In this document: positions 10,135 to 19,853 of the stretch, in pieces
Layout of the letters: each line of letters starts with the position of its first letter
Position numbering within the stretch: the first letter of the stretch is position 1
Assembly (NCBI GenBank): GCA_049512075.1
Contig: JBEKXL010000008.1
Span: 33,836-97,835 of the forward strand
Origin: Candidatus Bathyarchaeia archaeon
GTDB lineage: Archaea; Thermoproteota; Bathyarchaeia; Bathyarchaeales; Bathycorpusculaceae
Length of the DNA stretch: 64,000 nt
Reading direction: 5' to 3'
The notes under the pieces: model-generated
Databases searched by the model: none
What the model was told of the DNA's origin: nothing
What the model saw: the letters and a program-made list of their open reading frames with translations, nothing else
Made by a program: the position numbers and the translations under genes

Positions 10135-11298
10135 ATGAAAACAGTGAAGATTAGGCTTCTGTTCATGATATTCATGACTCTTGTTTCTCTTCTAGCAGCA
10201 TCAATTATCATTAAGACAACACACGCACAGACAAATCCAGTGTACTTAAGCATGGAACTGGTGGCGACTCCGCCTTTGCAGGATCTTGACGCAAGCGCCA
10301 ACGTGTTGGAAACGCCGTCCACGCCGACACCCATAGGTCAAAATTTCACGGTTGAAATACACCTGAGAGGGGCAACCGTCTCCAACATCCCGAATGGGCT
10401 TTTTGCAGTTGAGGTCAATTTCAACTTTAGCAACATTTTGTCGTACGCGATTCCAACAGATTTCACAAATTACCTAGGACAGCCCGGCGGAGTGCTGAAC
10501 CCGCCGCTATTTACCGGCACTACGTATGGTGACTTCTACAATTCGTCTGGCGGAGGCGTTGTGGGATATGAAGGACTGGGGATAACCGATGTTGGAGGGT
10601 GGAACGCTGCTGACGGTCTAGTGGCGACGATAACTTTTCATATAATAAAACAGCCTCAAGGCAGTCGCGGCGAACCCACAGTACACCTCAGTTTGGAGTG
10701 TGTATCGGATTTGGTCACGTTAATACAGACGTACGGCGGGGGAATCGGTCCAATAAGGACGATGGACTGGGTCGCTCTGTCAGTGATTCACGGTGCTGTT
10801 CAGGGCAGCTTGACGATTGATGCTCTTGACAAGACTGTTGTCGTCATCGGTCAAACCGCCAACGTAACCGTTCTAGTTGCAAACTATGGAAGCTTCGATG
10901 CGACCTTCAACGTCACAGCCTATGCTAACGCAACCTCAATTGCATCAGAAAACGTCACACTTGTGAGCGGAGCCTCCACGGTCATAACCTTCAGCTGGAA
11001 TACTTATGGCAATGTGTACGGCAACTACTACGTAAACGCATCCGCATACCCAGTCCTAGGCGGAACAAACATGGCAAACATCACTTGGCAAGACCCATGG
11101 ATCATTGTGACGGGTAAAGGCGACATCAACGGAGACTTCAAAGTTGGCCTTTCCGACCTATCCATGCTGGCAAAGGCCTACAATTCAACGCCGGACAGGC
11201 CCAACTGGAACCCCAACGCGGACCTAAACGATGACGGCAAAGTCAGCCTCTCAGACCTATCCATACTAGCAAAAAGCTACAATCAACACTACCCCTAA
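10135..11298 (+). CDS. Secreted cohesin-like + CARDB/Ig + dockerin protein
   Basis: Signal peptide; GQNFTVEIHL...LVATITF; C-terminal GDINGDFKVGLSDL...ADLNDDGKVSLSDL. ATG 10135 lies downstream of the TATA box. Confidence 0.85.
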   Translation: MKTVKIRLLFMIFMTLVSLLAASIIIKTTHAQTNPVYLSMELVATPPLQDLDASANVLETPSTPTPIGQNFTVEIHLRGATVSNIPNGLFAVEVNFNFSNILSYAIPTDFTNYLGQPGGVLNPPLFTGTTYGDFYNSSGGGVVGYEGLGITDVGGWNAADGLVATITFHIIKQPQGSRGEPTVHLSLECVSDLVTLIQTYGGGIGPIRTMDWVALSVIHGAVQGSLTIDALDKTVVVIGQTANVTVLVANYGSFDATFNVTAYANATSIASENVTLVSGASTVITFSWNTYGNVYGNYYVNASAYPVLGGTNMANITWQDPWIIVTGKGDINGDFKVGLSDLSMLAKAYNSTPDRPNWNPNADLNDDGKVSLSDLSILAKSYNQHYP

Positions 11299-11442
11299 CC
11301 CTTTTCCTAATTCACAAAAATCTTTAATCAGCACAGCTTTCATGTCTTTGGAAGTTTGACTTCTGTTTTGTTGATAAAGAAGAAAAAAGATGACGTAGGT
11401 CAGCCTATCAGGTACACGCTGACCGAAAGCGTGCGCGCTATA

Positions 11443-11616
11443 ATGATGGTTAGAAGTTACATACTCACAAAACATGAAAGACAAATTCTTGAAAGAGCCC
11501 TAGAAACAGGAGACAAACTTGACGGCTACGCCGTCTTAACTCATCATCTGCGTCGAGCTCAGAAACAACTCAAGGCAGATCTTGATTTAATCCAAAAAGC
11601 TGTCAAAACTGAATGA
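11443..11616 (+). CDS. Small hypothetical protein
   Basis: MMVRSYILTKHERQILERALETG...; helical, protein-like composition. Confidence 0.55.
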   Translation: MMVRSYILTKHERQILERALETGDKLDGYAVLTHHLRRAQKQLKADLDLIQKAVKTE

Positions 11617-11718
11617 CATATTTACTATCTAATTGCGTAGACTATAGCAGTTTTCTCCCAAATTGCTTTAATAAGAGATTTTGGCCTCTATTAGTGCTAC
11701 CTAGAGGCAAAAACATCA

Positions 11719-13671
11719 ATGCTGATCCAAGAGGTCATCCTTGAAAACTTCATGTCGTACGAGTATGCGAGGGTACCGTTTAGGTCTGGCGTGAATGTTA
11801 TTTGCGGACCGAACGGTTCGGGAAAATCGTCGCTGTTACTCGCAATTTCCGTAGCCCTTGGACAGTCTTACACAGAGCGTTCCAGAAAACTCAGTGACCT
11901 GATACGCTGGAACAAGGAACAAGCTCGTGTTACTCTGATTTTGGACAATAGCAGGGCAGGCAAGAACAGGCCTGTGCCGAAATTCAATAAGGACCAGATT
12001 TTTCTCACAAGGGTCCTGCGTCGTGACGGCAACTACTGGTTTGAACTTGAAAACCGAGCGGTCACAAAAAACGATGTTGAGAGGCTTCTCGGCAAATTAG
12101 GCGTTGACCCGGACAACATACTCATCATCATGCATCAGAACATGGTTGAACAGTTCACGGTGCTTTCCATACAGGAAAAACTGCGCATAGTCGAAGCAGC
12201 CGTTGGGCTTGAGCCTTACCGTGAAAACGTGCTGCAAGCCCAGAGAAAGCTAACCCGCATACTGAGTCAAGAGGACTCCATGGGCAAGCTTCTGGAGTCA
12301 GCTGAGCAGACGCTCAACTACTGGAGAGAACAATACGATAGGTACCAAGAAAAGAAGCAATTGCAGACGAAGAGAAGGTTTCTCGAAAGGGAGCTTGCCT
12401 GGGCAGAAGTGGCAAGAAGAGAGGAAACGCTCAGACAGTTGGAAGCCAACAGAAAGAAGGAACATGAAACTCTAATCCAAATAGAAGAAGAGGAAAAATC
12501 GGTCAAGGGTAATCTGCAGGACCAACAGGACGAAAGTGGAAAACTGAGAAATGGTTGGAAGGTACTCATTGATGAACGGTTGAGCTTGGAACGTGAAAGA
12601 GCCACAAACGCGTCAACAATCTCGCTATGCGAACAACTGCAGAAGGAAACTGCTATGATATATTCCCTCGTCGAGAACCAGTCCGTCAAAGCAGACCCGT
12701 TGACCAGAGAAAACTCACAGTTTAAACTCCTAAGAACCGGATACGTGAAAGATCTAATACAGAACTCCAATGAGCAACTGTCAAAGCTAGACGTCCAGAT
12801 AAACGGGAACGAAACAAGAACTCGGGAACTAGAAGAGATGGTCGAAAAAGTCAACAGCCAAGTCTTGGAAATTCGGATCAAACTGGCTTTATTGCAATAT
12901 CGCATGGAAACGGCAAAGACTAATTTGAAAGAACTGGAGAGATCACTTTCGGATGCGCGGGTACGAGCTGAAGAATCAACGAAGAAAGCGGAGCAAGCCG
13001 GCGCCAGAATTGCCGCAATAAAAGATGTCGGAGAAATTCTGGACGAGATAAGGGTAACCGAAGGACACCTGGCTGCACTATCTGACGTTTCGGAAGACGT
13101 AGAGCGCATGTACGAATCTTACTCAAAACTCTACTTGGAATTGAAGGAGAAAGCCCAGCTTGTTGCCGAAAACCGCGAAAAGACTTTGGAAGAAGTGAAG
13201 ACAAGGATGCAGTCTTGGCGAACCGTCATACATAACCTTCTGGACCGCGTCAATCTCGAATACCAAAAGATCCTAGTTCAAACACAAGCCGTGGGCGAGG
13301 TCAGGCTTGCCAACGAGAACGACATAGAAGGAGCCGGCCTGGAAATACTGGTAGGTTTCAAAGGAGGCAAACCAGTTCCGCTTGACTCCTACACCCAAAG
13401 CGGCGGGGAGAGAACAACTGCCACGATGAGTTTCCTTCTGGCCTTGCAGCAGCATGTCCGCTCACCTTTCCGTGCCGTTGATGAATACGACATTCACATG
13501 GATCCAAAGAACCGGGAGCTGATTGCCCAGATCCTTATCTCCGCGGTGAACGACTCAAGCGCTCAATACCTCATTATAACACCCAGTCAAATAACATTCG
13601 CAAAGGAATATGTGAACATAGTCACCGTGCAGAACATCGATGGTAAATCAGTAATCCGAGGGGTGGTTTGA
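11719..13671 (+). CDS. Short SMC-family ATPase, Smc5/6-related
   Basis: ENFMSY, Walker A GPNGSGKS, Q-loop MHQN, long coiled coil, QSGGE signature, Walker B/D-loop PFRAVDEYDIHMD. Confidence 0.92.
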   Translation: MLIQEVILENFMSYEYARVPFRSGVNVICGPNGSGKSSLLLAISVALGQSYTERSRKLSDLIRWNKEQARVTLILDNSRAGKNRPVPKFNKDQIFLTRVLRRDGNYWFELENRAVTKNDVERLLGKLGVDPDNILIIMHQNMVEQFTVLSIQEKLRIVEAAVGLEPYRENVLQAQRKLTRILSQEDSMGKLLESAEQTLNYWREQYDRYQEKKQLQTKRRFLERELAWAEVARREETLRQLEANRKKEHETLIQIEEEEKSVKGNLQDQQDESGKLRNGWKVLIDERLSLERERATNASTISLCEQLQKETAMIYSLVENQSVKADPLTRENSQFKLLRTGYVKDLIQNSNEQLSKLDVQINGNETRTRELEEMVEKVNSQVLEIRIKLALLQYRMETAKTNLKELERSLSDARVRAEESTKKAEQAGARIAAIKDVGEILDEIRVTEGHLAALSDVSEDVERMYESYSKLYLELKEKAQLVAENREKTLEEVKTRMQSWRTVIHNLLDRVNLEYQKILVQTQAVGEVRLANENDIEGAGLEILVGFKGGKPVPLDSYTQSGGERTTATMSFLLALQQHVRSPFRAVDEYDIHMDPKNRELIAQILISAVNDSSAQYLIITPSQITFAKEYVNIVTVQNIDGKSVIRGVV

Positions 13672-14492
13672 TGCTTCCCGAGAGAGAACAAAAAAAACTC
13701 GGCAGGGAGAAGCTTCAGCGTATAATTGAAACATGCAAGTCCATTGAAGGACGCTCGCTTGACCCGTTCCTGATAGACGTTAAGGATAACATAGACACAG
13801 TGAAAAAATACTTTCCAGAATGGAAGATTCCAGAAGACCTGTGTTTAGACGCTGAAACAATACATCAACTGGCGTCCGTCATAAAGCTTCAAAGCGAATG
13901 GGTCAAACACCGCTCAACGACACTCTACACAGACCCGTTTCTATTGGATGAAAAAATCAGACGAATAGAAAAGGTGGACATTGTCAGGACCTTCGTTAAG
14001 GTCTGGCATCCAATAGTCGAGTTGGAGCAGGTCTCGATTCAGAGTCTGGCAGAAGCATTGAGATATTGGGAAAGCTTGGTTCCGCTAAATGAAAGATGGA
14101 ATGAAATGGCGCCGACAGAAGTCGGGTCAGGCACTGCAACCAGGGAAGAGCTTGTCAATCAGAGAATCTTGCGTGACGAGACCTTTTCCCAAGAATTGGA
14201 AGATTTTTGGCGAGAACTGAAGAGTCAAGTTGCGAAGAATGGTGAAAACGGGAAGATTCGATACCAGAGTTTCGTCTATGCGGAGACGTACAAAGAAACC
14301 GTGAACAGAGCCTTCATGACGAGCTTTCTGGTTACCTACGGTTACGCAACCTTGGAAATTCATCCGTTGGAAGAAGAAATGTTCATAGTGCCTTATGAAA
14401 AACCGGCAGTCAAGACCGGCGGCAAACAATTGGTGTCGATTCCTATAGCCCTGACTGCGGAAGATTGGGAGAAATGGAAGAGGGGTGAATAG
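13671..14492 (+). CDS. Kleisin-like (ScpA/Nse4-like) protein
   Basis: N-terminal LDPFLIDV...LASVIKLQSE and C-terminal AFMTSFLVTYGYATL...MFI resemble ScpA domains; overlaps the SMC stop. Confidence 0.65.
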   Translation: MLPEREQKKLGREKLQRIIETCKSIEGRSLDPFLIDVKDNIDTVKKYFPEWKIPEDLCLDAETIHQLASVIKLQSEWVKHRSTTLYTDPFLLDEKIRRIEKVDIVRTFVKVWHPIVELEQVSIQSLAEALRYWESLVPLNERWNEMAPTEVGSGTATREELVNQRILRDETFSQELEDFWRELKSQVAKNGENGKIRYQSFVYAETYKETVNRAFMTSFLVTYGYATLEIHPLEEEMFIVPYEKPAVKTGGKQLVSIPIALTAEDWEKWKRGE

Positions 14493-15054
14493 AGTGAGCA
14501 AGAGGAAAGCTTACTATGCGAGTAAGCTCAAACGAGCCACCCACATGCTGTTTTACAAGAGGCACAAGAAACCTGGAGTCAAGGGTTGGGAGCTTCGGAA
14601 GACGATAGGCTCAGATTACCCGAAAGTTCTGAAAATAATGGACGACTTCTTGAAACCGCTCGACCTGCAAGTCAAAACTGTCTTCGAAGAAGAAAAGCAG
14701 GTTGAAAAACCCACTCAGGAACAGTTGGACAAAGCCAGATTCCTCATAGAATTGCGAGGGGAATTGGCACCTAAAGAAGCTAAGATGATAGGCTGGCGAA
14801 TAGACGACCTTGCAGGACTGGCGATTGCTATCTCCTACATAATATCCAAGAAAGGAAAATCCCCGAGAAAGGAAGTTGACGAACTACTGCGGGAAAAACT
14901 TCCTGGATGGAAAGTCGGCATCAACATTGACAGATATGTCAGATACGGGTATCTAGCCCAAGACGAAAACGAACAACTGTACCTGGACTGGAGAACACGT
15001 GCAGAGGTAGATCAAAAAGCGCTTGTGGATCTGCTTCTCAGAGCCGAATCGTAG
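14485..15054 (+). CDS. Tandem winged-helix KITE-like protein
   Basis: 189 aa; C-terminal YGYL...LYLDWRTRAEV resembles the KITE WH-B end; overlaps the kleisin gene. Confidence 0.55.
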   Translation: MNRVSKRKAYYASKLKRATHMLFYKRHKKPGVKGWELRKTIGSDYPKVLKIMDDFLKPLDLQVKTVFEEEKQVEKPTQEQLDKARFLIELRGELAPKEAKMIGWRIDDLAGLAIAISYIISKKGKSPRKEVDELLREKLPGWKVGINIDRYVRYGYLAQDENEQLYLDWRTRAEVDQKALVDLLLRAES

Positions 15055-15065
15055 CTTGCTGCTCT

Positions 15066-15245
15066 CTATTTTCTTATCCGGTGGTACAAGGAAGCTAAAG
15101 CGGCTATGACGACTACGGCGGCGAGTATGAGCAGTGGACTGCCCAGGAACTGTGCGGCAAAGGTCTCATTCGCAGCGTGAACAACTTCGGCCAAAGCAAG
15201 CATCATAAAGAGCGAACACAAGGCTGGTACTGCAGCATGTTTCAT
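15066..15245 (-). CDS. 59-aa membrane microprotein, absent from the ORF track
   Basis: MKHAAVPALCSLFMMLALAEVVHAANETFAAQFLGSPLLILAAVVVIAALASLYHRIRK*; fills the gap just downstream of nusA. Confidence 0.7.
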   Translation of the reverse strand: MKHAAVPALCSLFMMLALAEVVHAANETFAAQFLGSPLLILAAVVVIAALASLYHRIRK

Positions 15246-15264
15246 GGTATAACCTTCTGGGAAT

Positions 15265-15702
15265 CTATGTTATGCTGACGTTTTGTATTTGGAAGTATCT
15301 CTTCATCAGGAATCGCAAGCGCTCGGCGTTTCGGCCGTTCTTTCCTATGGCTACGCCTTTGTCCTTGGGGTTTACGGCCACAACCGCGATGGTTTTGCCA
15401 TCAGGTCTTTCGGTGAGGCGAACTTCTTGGACCAAAGCTGGTTTCAAAGCGTTCTTGATGAACTGTGCGGGTTCTTCCGCATACTCGATTATTTCGTGTT
15501 TCTTCCCCGTCATCCTCTCTAGAGTGTGAATGTTTCTTCCGCCTCTTCCAATTGCAACTCCGACTTGGCCTTGCCCAACAACGTAGAGCACGCGTCCCTG
15601 CTCTTCATCGATTATGCAGTCTTTGACACTCGCGCTGGTTATGCTTTCAAAAAGCGCGATGTAACGCATTTCGGTGCTCGTGAACTTTATTCCGCTAGTC
15701 AT
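15265..15702 (-). CDS. nusA: Archaeal NusA (KH domains)
   Basis: AIGRGG and AIGKNGRN KH motifs; follows L30e. Confidence 0.96.
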   Translation of the reverse strand: MTSGIKFTSTEMRYIALFESITSASVKDCIIDEEQGRVLYVVGQGQVGVAIGRGGRNIHTLERMTGKKHEIIEYAEEPAQFIKNALKPALVQEVRLTERPDGKTIAVVAVNPKDKGVAIGKNGRNAERLRFLMKRYFQIQNVSIT

Positions 15703-16034
15703 TCGTTTCCTCCGTTGGGTTCCTCGGCTTCAGTGGTCTCCGTTAGCTTGAGGATTTCTGAGTCGCCTGGCTCTCTTATACTTAACGCTGAGACGCTGAA
15801 GGGCTTACCGCACACAGCGGCCAGGTCCAAGGATGTACCCTTGTAGATTATCAAAGGAACCTTCGAGAGTTTTGAATAGTACTCTATGTCTCCTCGAACA
15901 TTTTTTGGACAGTTTGCGGCTAGGATTATCAGTTTAGCTTTACCTGTTTGAGCGTTTTGCACTGCGGAGCTTGCTCCGAGAGACACCTTGCCAGTTTTTA
16001 CCGCCGTGGAAATTGCCTTGTCTACGTCTATCAT
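15699..16034 (-). CDS. rpl30e: Ribosomal protein L30e
   Basis: AVKTGKVSLG, LIILAANCP, CGKPFSVSAL...PGDS. Confidence 0.96.
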   Translation of the reverse strand: MIDVDKAISTAVKTGKVSLGASSAVQNAQTGKAKLIILAANCPKNVRGDIEYYSKLSKVPLIIYKGTSLDLAAVCGKPFSVSALSIREPGDSEILKLTETTEAEEPNGGNE

Positions 16035-19000
16035 TTCTTCTTCTCCTTTTTCTCGAATGTCGACATGAACAGCTCAACCAACCCTGTGCCAATCGGTATT
16101 GACTGGCCGACTATTACGTTTTCGGTCACTCCCGCCAGAGGGTCGCTTTCACCCTTAACGGCTGCTTCAACGATGTTTGGAACCGTGATTTCAAATGCGG
16201 CTCTGGCCAAGACACTTGATTTCTTTCCGCTTATCCCGTGTCTGCCTATCTGTTGCACCTCGCCAGTGGACGTCATCATGTCTGCAACGAGCATCACGTG
16301 CCGGTTGTCCACGTCTAATCCTTGTTCTTCCAGGACGCCTTTAGCTTCGTGAACCAAAGCGTTCCTGGAAGCTTCAATCCCGATGGTCTTGGCGATTTCA
16401 TGCACGTTGTTCGTCGTCGTCCTTGAAGTGTCTACGCCGGGAACTTCCAGAACCTTGGGCAGGTTTGAGCCGTCGGTGTTGATGACCCATTCTCCATGTT
16501 CCTCGCTGACGAGTACGCGTTTTATGCCGGGCACTCCTTTAACGTGGAACACAGAGACTTTGCCGAGCAGTTTCCTGATTGTTTCGACCTTCTTGGGCTG
16601 TATGAGTATGCTGTTTCCCTTTGCCTTCGTCGTGGCGTTGGGTATTTGCAGTCTGTCCTTCAGCTCCTGCATCGTTATCGCACGATCATCCATCATGATC
16701 TTGTTAGGTTCAATCACTATCTCGTCATGCACTGGATCTATGTATACTGCTTCAGCCACGTTTTCCAGCGTAGTATAGATTATGTCGCGGGCAATCCTAA
16801 CTGCAGCGTCTCGGCTCTTTCTGTATTCTGGACTTAGGTAAATCGTCATTACAGGCGTTGACGGAATTCTTCTAGCGTCAACTATTTCAATCAGTCTTGG
16901 CAAACCCAGAGTCACGTTCTGCTCCTTGACTCCGGCGTAGTGGAATGTCCTCAGCGTCATCTGAGTTCCTGGTTCGCCGATTGACTGTGCAGCGACGATG
17001 CCCACAGCCTCACCTGGCTCCATCAGAGCGCGCTTGTAGCGGTCGACAGTCAACCTGATTGCTTTCTCAACGCTTGCCGTGCTCAGTTTGTACTTGGTCA
17101 GGTTCTGCTTGAGCTCATCCTTGAGAATAGGCGTGAGTTGCTCTTCAACTTTCTCCAACTCTTTTCTGATGAATTCAGCGGATGCCGGTTTTCCTTTCTC
17201 CTTGGCGATTCTGATTTGGTCAACCAGACGGGTTACGTTCACCGCTTTGCCATGGTCGCTCTTGGCCGGGTCAACGCCATCTTCCCCGTATTGGAATTGA
17301 ATTATGTCGCCTGTTGAGTTTCTCACTGTCGCATCGTATTCCAAACGTATGTGCTCAAGCGCGTTGATGAGTCTTCTTTGCATGTAACCGCTCTGCTGAG
17401 TTCTGACGGCTGTGTCCACCAAACCTTCTCTTCCGCCCATAGCGTGGAAGAAAAACTCGATGACATCGAGACCGTGCTGATATGACGAGTAAACGAAGCC
17501 CCTCGCCTTTGGACGTTGATCTCCTGCCTGAAAATGCGGCAAAGCACGATCGACGTATCCTCGCAGAATTCGTTTTCCACGTACCGCCTGCTGTCCGACG
17601 CACGCGCTTATCTGACCGATGTTCAGGCTGGAACCCCTTGCACCTGTCCGCGTCATTACTATGCCCGAGTTGTCCAAAGTGAAGTCCTCATCTGCTATTT
17701 TGCCGGATTCGTCTCTTGCTTTTGCCAGCTCGTTCATCACGTATATCTCGAAAGAGTCTTCGATTGTTTGGCCTGGAAGCCTCGGTAGCGTGCCTCTGCG
17801 ATAGCTCTCAATCAATTCCTCTATTCTCTTCTCGATCCTTTCCATAGTTTTCGCTATTCTGTCCTCAGCCTTCTGGGAAAGCACCAGCTCGTCGTATGAA
17901 TAGGTGAAACCTCGCATTGATATGAATACCTTCAACATTCGGGTTATCTTGTTAAGAAACTCTCTTCCAGCTTCGGTTCCATAATCCTTTATTATCCTAT
18001 GGAATAGACTTTCAGATTGCTCAGCCCCTATTGAACGCCTGTCTATGACCCCACTCACTAGTTCACCGTTCCTCACGACCACGTAGGCATCGTACTCACA
18101 TTCTTCTTCCAAGCATTTTGCGCATCCTTGGCAGATGTTTGCTTTCAGAATGTAGTTCATGTCCTTGGGTAGGAACAGGCTGAAAATCTGTTTTCCGCTC
18201 CAAAGTGGTTGAGGCGTCTTGACTTTTGGTTCTGGCATTGGACCTTCGTATTTCGCTGACAGCAACAGCTTGTTGACTTCGTTTCGTGTCACGTAGTTTG
18301 ATTTTCTCGTGAACAGGTACGCGGAAGTTATGAAATCTCTTATCGCACCTATTATTGGACCTCCGAACCTGGGTGACAGAATCTGGTCCTGAACTTGCAT
18401 TAGCAGAAGTGCCTCTGTTCTTGCTTCCTCGCTTTGCGGTACGTGCAGGTTCATTTCGTCTCCGTCGAAGTCCGCGTTGTACGGTGGGCAGACGCACAGA
18501 TGCAGACGGAACGTCTTGTAGGGTAGTACGCGCACGTAATGGGCCATTATTGACATGCGGTGGAGTGAAGGTTGACGGTTGAAAATGGCGGTGTCACCAT
18601 TTCTAAGATGTCTTTCTACAACGAAGCCAAGTTCAATGGCCTCAGCGATCTTTTCCCTGTCGACCACGAACTCAAGCCTTATCCGTTTGCCGTCTGGCCT
18701 GATTATGTAAAGGGCGCCGGGGTACTTTTCAGGCCCGTTGGCGACGAGTTTCCGCATCTCTTCAATGTTCCATTCAGTAACCTTCTGTGGAACGGACAAA
18801 CGCATGGCAACTTCCAGCGGGACACCAACTTCATTTATGTCGAGGTTCGGATCAGGAGAAACCACTGTCCGAGCTGAGAAATCCACTCTTTTTCCCGAAA
18901 GGTTGCTCCTGAACCTTCCTTCCTTTCCCTTCAGTCTCTGTGAGAGAGTCTTTAGTGCTCGTCCAGAACGGTGTCTCGCCGGCGGTATTCCCGAGGCTTC

Positions 19001-19852
19001 GTTGTTGAAGTAGGTTGTCACATGGTACTGCAAGAGCTCTGATAGATCTTGGATTATGAGCGTTGGAGCACCTGCATCCATGTTTTCCTTCAGTCTCTGA
19101 TTGATTCGAATTATGTCTACAAGTTTGTGCGTCAGGTCGTCCTCTGAACGGATGCCTGATTCCAGCGTTATTGATGGGCGAACGTAGACGGGAGGAACTG
19201 GCAGAACTTGCAGAACCATCCATTCCGGCCTAGCAGTTTCGGGATTGAAGCCCAAGAGCTGAAGATCCTCGTTGGGTATACGCTCCATTCTCTCCCGCAC
19301 CATGCTTGGAGTCAATGATTCTGAACCGCTTTCTGGGATTTGCTCGCTGAACTTCGTGGGCTTCTCGAAAGTTATCTTGAGCTGCACACCCGCGCAGTGA
19401 GGACATTGCTTCCTCTTTGTCTCTTGCATAATCGTTTTGTAAACCTCATCCGGAACCAGACCCAGAAGTTCCCGAGTTTTTTCAATCCTTACTTGAACTT
19501 TCTTGATGGTTTCATCAGGAAGCAGGATGCGCCCGCAGTTTCGACAAGTGGACTTGAGGAGATCGAATATTATCTTGGTGAATTCTATGTGTATTATCGG
19601 AACCGCGAGTTCTATGTGGCCGAAATGGCCGGGACAGCGAATCGCCGTGTTGCCGCACGTCTTACATCTCTGTCTTGGCTCGAGGGTTCCAAGTCTTCCG
19701 TCCATCAGTCCAGCCGTGATTGGCGCACCGTCTTCGTCGTAAGTGTCAGGTGTTTGAATCTCCACGACTGAAAGCTTGCGCACGTCTTGAGGCGAAAACA
19801 TGCCGAAGTTGATCTCGTCTACGACCTTTTGGATTATTTCTTCAACAGCCAT
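16031..19852 (-). CDS. rpoA: RNA polymerase subunit Rpo1, unsplit A'+A''
   Basis: YNADFDGDEMN, GRFRSNLSGKRVDFSAR and the A''-type AQSIGEPGTQMTL all in one 1273-aa frame. Confidence 0.98.
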   Translation of the reverse strand: MAVEEIIQKVVDEINFGMFSPQDVRKLSVVEIQTPDTYDEDGAPITAGLMDGRLGTLEPRQRCKTCGNTAIRCPGHFGHIELAVPIIHIEFTKIIFDLLKSTCRNCGRILLPDETIKKVQVRIEKTRELLGLVPDEVYKTIMQETKRKQCPHCAGVQLKITFEKPTKFSEQIPESGSESLTPSMVRERMERIPNEDLQLLGFNPETARPEWMVLQVLPVPPVYVRPSITLESGIRSEDDLTHKLVDIIRINQRLKENMDAGAPTLIIQDLSELLQYHVTTYFNNEASGIPPARHRSGRALKTLSQRLKGKEGRFRSNLSGKRVDFSARTVVSPDPNLDINEVGVPLEVAMRLSVPQKVTEWNIEEMRKLVANGPEKYPGALYIIRPDGKRIRLEFVVDREKIAEAIELGFVVERHLRNGDTAIFNRQPSLHRMSIMAHYVRVLPYKTFRLHLCVCPPYNADFDGDEMNLHVPQSEEARTEALLLMQVQDQILSPRFGGPIIGAIRDFITSAYLFTRKSNYVTRNEVNKLLLSAKYEGPMPEPKVKTPQPLWSGKQIFSLFLPKDMNYILKANICQGCAKCLEEECEYDAYVVVRNGELVSGVIDRRSIGAEQSESLFHRIIKDYGTEAGREFLNKITRMLKVFISMRGFTYSYDELVLSQKAEDRIAKTMERIEKRIEELIESYRRGTLPRLPGQTIEDSFEIYVMNELAKARDESGKIADEDFTLDNSGIVMTRTGARGSSLNIGQISACVGQQAVRGKRILRGYVDRALPHFQAGDQRPKARGFVYSSYQHGLDVIEFFFHAMGGREGLVDTAVRTQQSGYMQRRLINALEHIRLEYDATVRNSTGDIIQFQYGEDGVDPAKSDHGKAVNVTRLVDQIRIAKEKGKPASAEFIRKELEKVEEQLTPILKDELKQNLTKYKLSTASVEKAIRLTVDRYKRALMEPGEAVGIVAAQSIGEPGTQMTLRTFHYAGVKEQNVTLGLPRLIEIVDARRIPSTPVMTIYLSPEYRKSRDAAVRIARDIIYTTLENVAEAVYIDPVHDEIVIEPNKIMMDDRAITMQELKDRLQIPNATTKAKGNSILIQPKKVETIRKLLGKVSVFHVKGVPGIKRVLVSEEHGEWVINTDGSNLPKVLEVPGVDTSRTTTNNVHEIAKTIGIEASRNALVHEAKGVLEEQGLDVDNRHVMLVADMMTSTGEVQQIGRHGISGKKSSVLARAAFEITVPNIVEAAVKGESDPLAGVTENVIVGQSIPIGTGLVELFMSTFEKKEKKK

Positions 19853-19853
19853 T

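Noticed and set aside
12318-13109. 263-aa minus-strand ORF
   Set aside because: Ser/Leu/Phe-rich antisense shadow of the SMC coiled coil.
11719-15054. Wadjet (JetABCD) or Rad50-Mre11 call
   Set aside because: No Toprim nuclease or Mre11 adjacent, no CxxC hook, and the gene order differs.
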